From Acidobacteriota bacterium (GTDB taxonomy: Bacteria > Acidobacteriota > Terriglobia > Terriglobales > Acidobacteriaceae): DNA of 64,000 nucleotides. Of this stretch, positions 58,761 to 64,000 are shown one piece after another. Both the position numbers and the translations under genes were made by a program. Numbering within the stretch: the stretch's first letter is position 1; the number at the start of each line of letters is the position of its first letter. The stretch is taken from the NCBI GenBank assembly GCA_013289795.1, contig JABCZH010000001.1, positions 401,768 through 465,767 of the forward strand, given 5' to 3'. The notes beneath the pieces are model-generated. The model had not been told where the DNA came from. It made no database searches and worked only from the letters and a program-made list of their open reading frames with translations.

Positions 58761-58936
58761 GTCTGGCCAGTTGTATTGATGCCCTTGGGTCAGTCGAGTA
58801 ATTCGCAGCCGAAACAGAATGGCTTCCACGATTGCCGGCGCGAAGAACCGGACACGCTGTACTCGAGAACTGAATAGTCCATCTTGGCACACAGAACTGT
58901 ATGCCCTGCGCCCCGCTGAACGGAGGTCCTCCAAGT

Positions 58937-59593
58937 ATGACTGCAAAACTTGCTTCAACAAACGATCGTATTTCGGCTCGTGTGCAAGACGCCATCATAT
59001 GCGAAGGGAATTCCATTCCCCCGAGCGCCAACGCCGAACCGCAGCCTGTCGGTGTGCAATTCGACTGCGGTTATCTTTCGCCATACTTCATCACGGATCC
59101 TGAGCGCATGGAAGCGAGGCTTGAGGACCCTTACATTCTCACTCACCAAAATAAACTCAGTTCTAGGAGTGACCTGGTTCCACTACTCGAACAGATCACT
59201 AAGAGTGGCAAACCACTCCTCATCATCGCGGAGGATATTGAGGGCGAGGCTCTGGCTACTCTGGTAGTAAGGAAGCTCCGCGGCGCGTTGCAAGTGTGCG
59301 CCGTGAGGACGCTCCTTCTCGGTGATTGCCGCAAGGCTATGTTGAAGTATATTGCGCTCCTGGGTGGTGGAAAGGTGATCACCGACCTCGACGTCAACCT
59401 GAAAAACATACAGATCTCCGATCTCGGCCGGGCCAGAAACAGCACTATCAGCAGAACCAACACTGTGGTCGAAGGCAGGATCGAGTACCGCCAGGTTCTC
59501 TTTCAGCTTATTGGCGCACGTTCAGCCTACACGCGTGCGCGTTCTCCACTGATGCAGATCATAGGAGCACCTCATGGAACTCTATCAGCTTGA
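58937..59593 (+). CDS. Standalone GroEL (Cpn60) apical/intermediate-domain homolog
   Basis: 218 aa from the ATG with GGAGG SD (the track ORF starts 36 bp earlier). Central region [86 protein letters not shown]...[20 protein letters not shown] is colinear with GroEL roughly residues 190-400 (GMQFDRGYLSPYF...[22 protein letters not shown]...GDRRKAML). No equatorial ATPase domain on either side in any frame. Confidence 0.6.
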   Translation: MTAKLASTNDRISARVQDAIICEGNSIPPSANAEPQPVGVQFDCGYLSPYFITDPERMEARLEDPYILTHQNKLSSRSDLVPLLEQITKSGKPLLIIAEDIEGEALATLVVRKLRGALQVCAVRTLLLGDCRKAMLKYIALLGGGKVITDLDVNLKNIQISDLGRARNSTISRTNTVVEGRIEYRQVLFQLIGARSAYTRARSPLMQIIGAPHGTLSA

Positions 59594-59825
59594 GCACCCA
59601 TCAGACCGCGTTTTTCTTTGCACCCGTTCTGACTGCAATGAAGTAGCGGACTATCTGGAACTCAGCGAAGAGGGCGGCGAAGAGGTTTTCTGCGCCAGCC
59701 ATACCAGCAGTGAGAAGCATGTCTCAGTCCTGCGGAAACGGGCCTGCCACACCGGATATTTGTTTCGGAGCCGGCCGGTTGCTGCCTGAATCCGGCACTC
59801 ATGCAGTGGGTGTAGGGAAGGAGCG

Positions 59826-60197
59826 ATGAGCAAAATGCATTTGTGCAACGTGGACCCGCCCGACCGTAAAGGCGGGGCTCTGGCCGAAAGAGGCAGTGAA
59901 CACATGACCCATATCAGCAATCATCTGATACCCAAGCTGCGCAAAGCTGCTCAACCGCCCTTGCCATACCCCGGCGCAACGGCTGACGCAGACCGTGCCA
60001 AGAAGCCATCTCTTGCCGAGCTCCCTGCTACCGACCAGGAACTGAATCCAGGAGATCGTGTTGAGGGTTTGGGAGACTTCGGGAAACCGACTGGAGAATT
60101 CGGCACGGTGGAGCGAGCCAACGAAGATGATGCGGTCGTCAAATGGGATGATGACGGCCGTACGAGACTCCATCAGCCGTCGCTCAAAAAAGTCTAG
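59826..60197 (+). CDS. Hypothetical protein with small SH3/KOW-like C-terminal domain
   Basis: 123 aa; GGAAGGAG SD. C-terminus PGDRVEGLGDFGKPTGEFGTVERANEDDAVVKWDDDGRTRL resembles DUF1918-like small beta domains. Confidence 0.45.
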   Translation: MSKMHLCNVDPPDRKGGALAERGSEHMTHISNHLIPKLRKAAQPPLPYPGATADADRAKKPSLAELPATDQELNPGDRVEGLGDFGKPTGEFGTVERANEDDAVVKWDDDGRTRLHQPSLKKV

Positions 60198-61049
60198 CCA
60201 GGCGACGAGGCTGGGGCCGATCTGGAAAGTTCGGGTCCAATGCAGCAAGTTTGCGGAGATTTCTTTTGGGCGATCCAGCAAGGAGCAGGATTCTCGGAAA
60301 CGACTCCCGATGGCTGGCGTGCGTCATACGATGCGGAGGGTCCGATCCGTGATGTAATTGGGCCATCGCAATAAGGGGCTGGGCCAGACTATCGTTGACT
60401 ACGACGGCGTGCACCCGTTTCAATGCTTGCTCAGGAACGTCTTGATGTCTCCGAAGGATGGTTCAGTTCCTGCAGGCGTTCTCTGATCGCCTTACGCCCC
60501 AACACAATCCGTACCCGCATTTTCTGCAGGTCCAATTCCACTAAAGCAATGATGTGGGGATGTGCCCACTCTTTGCGTTGGCTGGTAACCACTGGGCACC
60601 TCGCTTGCCCTTCGAGCAAGGTTCGAACAATACAAACCAGGTTCCTGACGGTCTGTTCAATATTGATCACTGACGTTGGGCGCCAGCGCCGTTGGAAAAG
60701 TTAATCGGTTACGGTTGAGCGGGAACCTAGACCCAGTAGAAGCACGGCTTTTGCGTGAACCATCCGATGGTCTTGGATGGAAATCGATTGTGAGCACTAC
60801 TGCTCAGCGGCGATCAATTCCATCCCGCACAATTGAAAGTAGCCTTATCTCAACAATTTGGAGTGCCAGCTTGCTCTGGGAAGCCAAGTTAGACTGCGAC
60901 CATGGACAAGAAAGAAATCAATTCTCCGAGATTGACCGTCGACTTTGTGTTTTGGATTTGTGGGGTTGGCGGTTTGGTGTTGCTGACCCTGTTGGCACAC
61001 TTCGTTTGGAAGGTTTTGTGAAGCGGGCGCAGGAAAAGGCGATTCGACT

Positions 61050-61445
61050 ATGAAAAAACACTTTGTATTATTGTTGTGGCTGGGTGTGGGAGTGGCGCTG
61101 ATACTGGCGTTGGGAATGATGCCGGCACCCACAATGGCGGCAGATACAACGCTGATCGTTGGAAATTGGGAAGGAACTCTCGATCCGGGCGCCCAACCAA
61201 AGAAGCAAATTGTGGTGCATATTGCAGCCGCGCAGGACGGAAGTTTAAGCGGCACGATTGACTACCCGGACCAGGACATGTCTGGAATCCTAATCACCGC
61301 GATATCCTATAAGGAGAGCGTCCTGCACCTCGAAAGCAACCAGGGCGTTTATGACGGTACTGTGAACAAAGATGGTTCGCAGATCACAGGCACCTGGAAG
61401 CAGGGCGGAGCGCCGTTGAGCCTCATCCTGAAGCGGGCGTCTTAG
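61050..61445 (+). CDS. Hypothetical secreted protein
   Basis: 131 aa with signal peptide MKKHFVLLLWLGVGVALILALGMMPAPTMAAD. Confidence 0.55.
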   Translation: MKKHFVLLLWLGVGVALILALGMMPAPTMAADTTLIVGNWEGTLDPGAQPKKQIVVHIAAAQDGSLSGTIDYPDQDMSGILITAISYKESVLHLESNQGVYDGTVNKDGSQITGTWKQGGAPLSLILKRAS

Positions 61446-61740
61446 CGGTTGCGAAAGCGGTTTAGCCCGTAATTCTCAATTGTGCTTATCGCCTGTTTAC
61501 ACCAACAATCCTCTCCGCTGTGCCGTGGTTGCCTTCCCATAACTCGCTTTCTTTTTGTCGTCGTGCTCGCTGCGCCCCCCGAAAGTGAGCAATTTTGAGC
61601 AGTCGAACCATGGCTGCCAGACCTACTATGAGCCACCAAAAAAGTGCTGAGTGTCCTTAAGTATTTGCTTTTCCAGAGATCACGGTTAATGGAACTTCGT
61701 TAGATACCCGTGTGGTTTCTCAAGTAGATGAGGAACGTCT

Positions 61741-62457
61741 ATGAAGTCGCCCTACGGTCTGAACATCGTTGACAACTGCACCACTTGCCCGGTTCGGGAG
61801 CAGCACCTTTTCTGCAATCTTTCCCCCGCCGCGGCGCAGAGGCTGAATGAGATCACGTCCCCCGCGGTCTATCCCCGCGATGCCATACTGTTCATTGAGG
61901 GCCAACTGGGACGTGGGGCATTTGTGCTCTGCGGCGGGAAGGCGAAGCTGTCCACCACTTCGCGCGAGGGCAAGACCATCATTACCAAGATCTCCGACCA
62001 CGGAGACGTGCTGGGACTAAACGCGACGATTTCTAGCCGTCCCTATGAGGTCACAGCGGAAATGGTAGAGACGGGGCAGGCTAACTTCATCGCCGCTGAT
62101 GCCTTGCTACAATTTCTGCGCGACTATGGGGAAGTTGCGATACAGGCGGCAAAGCAACTGAGCTGCAACTACTATTCGGCCTTTGAGGAGATCCGGACCT
62201 TGGGATTAGCCAACTCGCCGCGGCAAAAGCTTGCCAAAGTGCTGCTGGGCTGGTCCGCGGAGCGGGTAGAATCAAACCGTTCCCTGCGGCTGCGTTTGGG
62301 GCTGACCCACGAAGAAATCGCGGATATGATCGGCACTAGCCGCGAGACTGTCAGCCGCTTGTTCTCCGACTTTAAGAGGAAGAAATTCATCCAGTCAGAG
62401 GGTTCCAGTCTGGTGATCCTCGACAAATCTGCGCTGGAAGGGATGGTACAGGCATGA
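61741..62457 (+). CDS. Crp/Fnr-family transcriptional regulator (fourth intact copy in the window)
   Basis: 238 aa; GAGGAA SD. cNMP-binding domain and HTH LTHEEIADMIGTSRETVSRLFSDFKRKKFI. Confidence 0.8.
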   Translation: MKSPYGLNIVDNCTTCPVREQHLFCNLSPAAAQRLNEITSPAVYPRDAILFIEGQLGRGAFVLCGGKAKLSTTSREGKTIITKISDHGDVLGLNATISSRPYEVTAEMVETGQANFIAADALLQFLRDYGEVAIQAAKQLSCNYYSAFEEIRTLGLANSPRQKLAKVLLGWSAERVESNRSLRLRLGLTHEEIADMIGTSRETVSRLFSDFKRKKFIQSEGSSLVILDKSALEGMVQA

Positions 62458-62626
62458 ACACCTCATGTTTCAAGCGGCGCAATAAGAGGTATTGAATCGT
62501 TCTCCTCACGCCTTTCCATCCGATTCAACACCATAATCGAACCTTGCGTGTGTGGCCACTCTTTGAAGAGAACGCGGCCATTGGAACTGCTATAGTTTGT
62601 GGCTCTCGCAAAGGGGAGGTCCCCGT

Positions 62627-63322
62627 ATGCCACAGACACGTCATGTAGAACGTCATTTCACAGGTGGTGAGACGGTGCGCGACGTTGTCATCGGCATGGC
62701 AGACGGGCTGACCGTTCCTTTCGCTCTCGCCGCGGGCCTTTCGGGAGCGGTCGCCTCGGCGCATGTGGTCGTCGTGGCGGGTTTGGCTGAAATTGCGGCA
62801 GGGTCGATCGCCATGGGCCTTGGCGGCTTTCTTGCAGCCAAGAGCGACGCGGAACACTACGAGCAAGAATGGGCACGAGAGAAAAAGGAGATCGAAACGA
62901 TCCCGGAGGCGGAAGCTTCGGAGGTTTCAGAGGTCTTCGAGTCGTATGGTCTGACCAGAGAAGAAAGCCAGCCGGTCGTCGCCGCCCTGCGGCAAAAGCC
63001 CGAGGCATGGGTCAACTTCATGATGCGCTTCGAACTCGGATTGGAACAACCGCACCGCGGCCGAGCTCTCGGGAGCGCGCTAACCATTGCTGGATCCTAT
63101 GCCATCGGCGGTCTTGTCCCGCTCTTCCCGTATATGCTGCTGACTCAGTTGCATTCGGCTTTCCTGTTGTCGGTGACCGTCACACTTCTGGCTCTGTTCG
63201 TTTTCGGGTACGTCAAGGGACGATACACTGGTGCCGCGCCGATGCGAGGTGCGATTCAGACAGTTATCATTGGGGCGTTGGCATCTGGTGCCGCATACCT
63301 TATCGCAAAGTGGATTGCCTAG
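62627..63322 (+). CDS. VIT1/CCC1-family Fe/Mn transporter
   Basis: 231 aa from the ATG with AAAGGGGAGG SD. VIT-family motifs (MADGLTVPFALAAGLSGA, cytoplasmic acidic helix EAEASEVSEVFESYGL, C-terminal TM bundle). Confidence 0.8.
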   Translation: MPQTRHVERHFTGGETVRDVVIGMADGLTVPFALAAGLSGAVASAHVVVVAGLAEIAAGSIAMGLGGFLAAKSDAEHYEQEWAREKKEIETIPEAEASEVSEVFESYGLTREESQPVVAALRQKPEAWVNFMMRFELGLEQPHRGRALGSALTIAGSYAIGGLVPLFPYMLLTQLHSAFLLSVTVTLLALFVFGYVKGRYTGAAPMRGAIQTVIIGALASGAAYLIAKWIA

Positions 63323-63479
63323 AATTGGCTCGACCGAGCTCGAAAGCTGTAGGAGTTGGTAGTATCTCAGAAGGGTTGTTGCCGTAGCAACGCCATAGCA
63401 CTATTGAGGTCAATGAGTGCAAACGCCTGATTGCAATAGATATCGGGCAAACAAGAAGCGACGACGGAGATTTCTTTAG

Positions 63480-64000
63480 CTATTGCAACTTGGCGTACTC
63501 CGCCTTGGCTTGCTTCAGGATCGGGATGTCGGAGTCGGCGTCTTTCCAGAGGGTTAGGAAATCTTTGTAGGCGGCGAGCCCACGGACACGGGCGGCATCA
63601 GCGTCTGCTCCCTGTGCGGTTCTCGACTGCAAGGCATTGGCACGAGCCACGCCCAGATGCGCCAACGCTCCCGTCCAGCAGTTCCAGACAATGCCGCTGT
63701 GGTCGAGAATCTTCTGGAACTCGGCGACAGCAGCACTGCCTTCTCCGGCCGCCAAGTATGCGTCTCCGCGTGTATATACGTGGTAGAGGCAGGACAGATT
63801 GGTGACGAACGGAATTTGGCCTAACTCAATTGCGGAAGCAGGTTGCAAAGCATTGAGGGCGACAATCGGGTTCTTTCTATCCAACGCCAAGTGTGCCTGA
63901 ATCGCAGGCAGCCAAAGCGACTGCATCTGCGTGTCCAGGGGAAATCGCTTTCCCAAGTCTCGCGCCAAGGATTCAGCTCGTGCTGTATCGCCCGCCATGG
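63480..64000 (-). CDS. C-terminal part of a larger TPR-like protein (5' end beyond window edge)
   Basis: Open frame reaching the window end. Helical repeat composition. Resembles C-terminal regions of Acidobacteria STK/TPR proteins. Confidence 0.5.
   Translation of the reverse strand, partial: MAGDTARAESLARDLGKRFPLDTQMQSLWLPAIQAHLALDRKNPIVALNALQPASAIELGQIPFVTNLSCLYHVYTRGDAYLAAGEGSAAVAEFQKILDHSGIVWNCWTGALAHLGVARANALQSRTAQGADADAARVRGLAAYKDFLTLWKDADSDIPILKQAKAEYAKLQ

Noticed and set aside
62457-62627. Possible yybP-ykoY manganese riboswitch upstream of the VIT-family transporter
   Set aside because: Expected genomic context, but the leader lacks the conserved riboswitch cores. The only GGGGAG is the Shine-Dalgarno of the transporter itself.

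Overview
High-GC bacterial chromosome segment, probably Acidobacteria on gene content (Ser/Thr kinase with TPR repeats, carboxypeptidase-regulatory-domain TonB-dependent receptor, Gloeo_Verruco repeat protein, winged-helix/TPR regulators). The left part (about 1-38.7 kb) is dense core/housekeeping coding sequence. Recognisable genes there: GvpF/L-like protein, STK-TPR kinase, fused aroD-aroE, AMMECR1, pgsA, gdhA, xseA, an esterase, a DUF2905/membrane protein/HTH_34 cluster, two phosphoesterases (alkaline-phosphatase-superfamily enzyme plus a beta-propeller::PlcC/AcpA-type phosphoesterase fusion), cytochrome P460, a VOC enzyme, a large secreted repeat protein, a CadC-like wHTH-TPR regulator, flotillin, a TPR-sulfotransferase and a TonB-dependent receptor. 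From about 38.7 kb onward G+C drops visibly by eye and the content looks accessory. It holds an AraC-family pseudogene, five Crp/Fnr-family genes (two close paralogs, one pseudogene copy, two more distant), and an approximately 2.7 kb stretch with no long ORFs that contains strongly SD-linked micro-ORFs. It also holds a PEP-CTERM-type exopolysaccharide trio (BY-kinase-like ATPase, EpsB-like sugar transferase, FemAB-like) that ends at a truncated phage-integrase remnant, followed by a Gloeo_Verruco repeat protein, a GH5 glycosidase, an ElaB/DUF883 protein, a standalone GroEL apical-domain ORF and a VIT-family transporter. I found no tRNA, rRNA or CRISPR. There is a short intergenic repeat family built on a CCCCRCAYTTSG unit with a flanking GC hairpin, at three loci. 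I could not confidently recognise a single complete novel multi-gene system. The most unusual items are the standalone GroEL apical domain, the Crp/Fnr hotspot with gene decay, the micro-ORFs in the gene desert, and the short repeat family.
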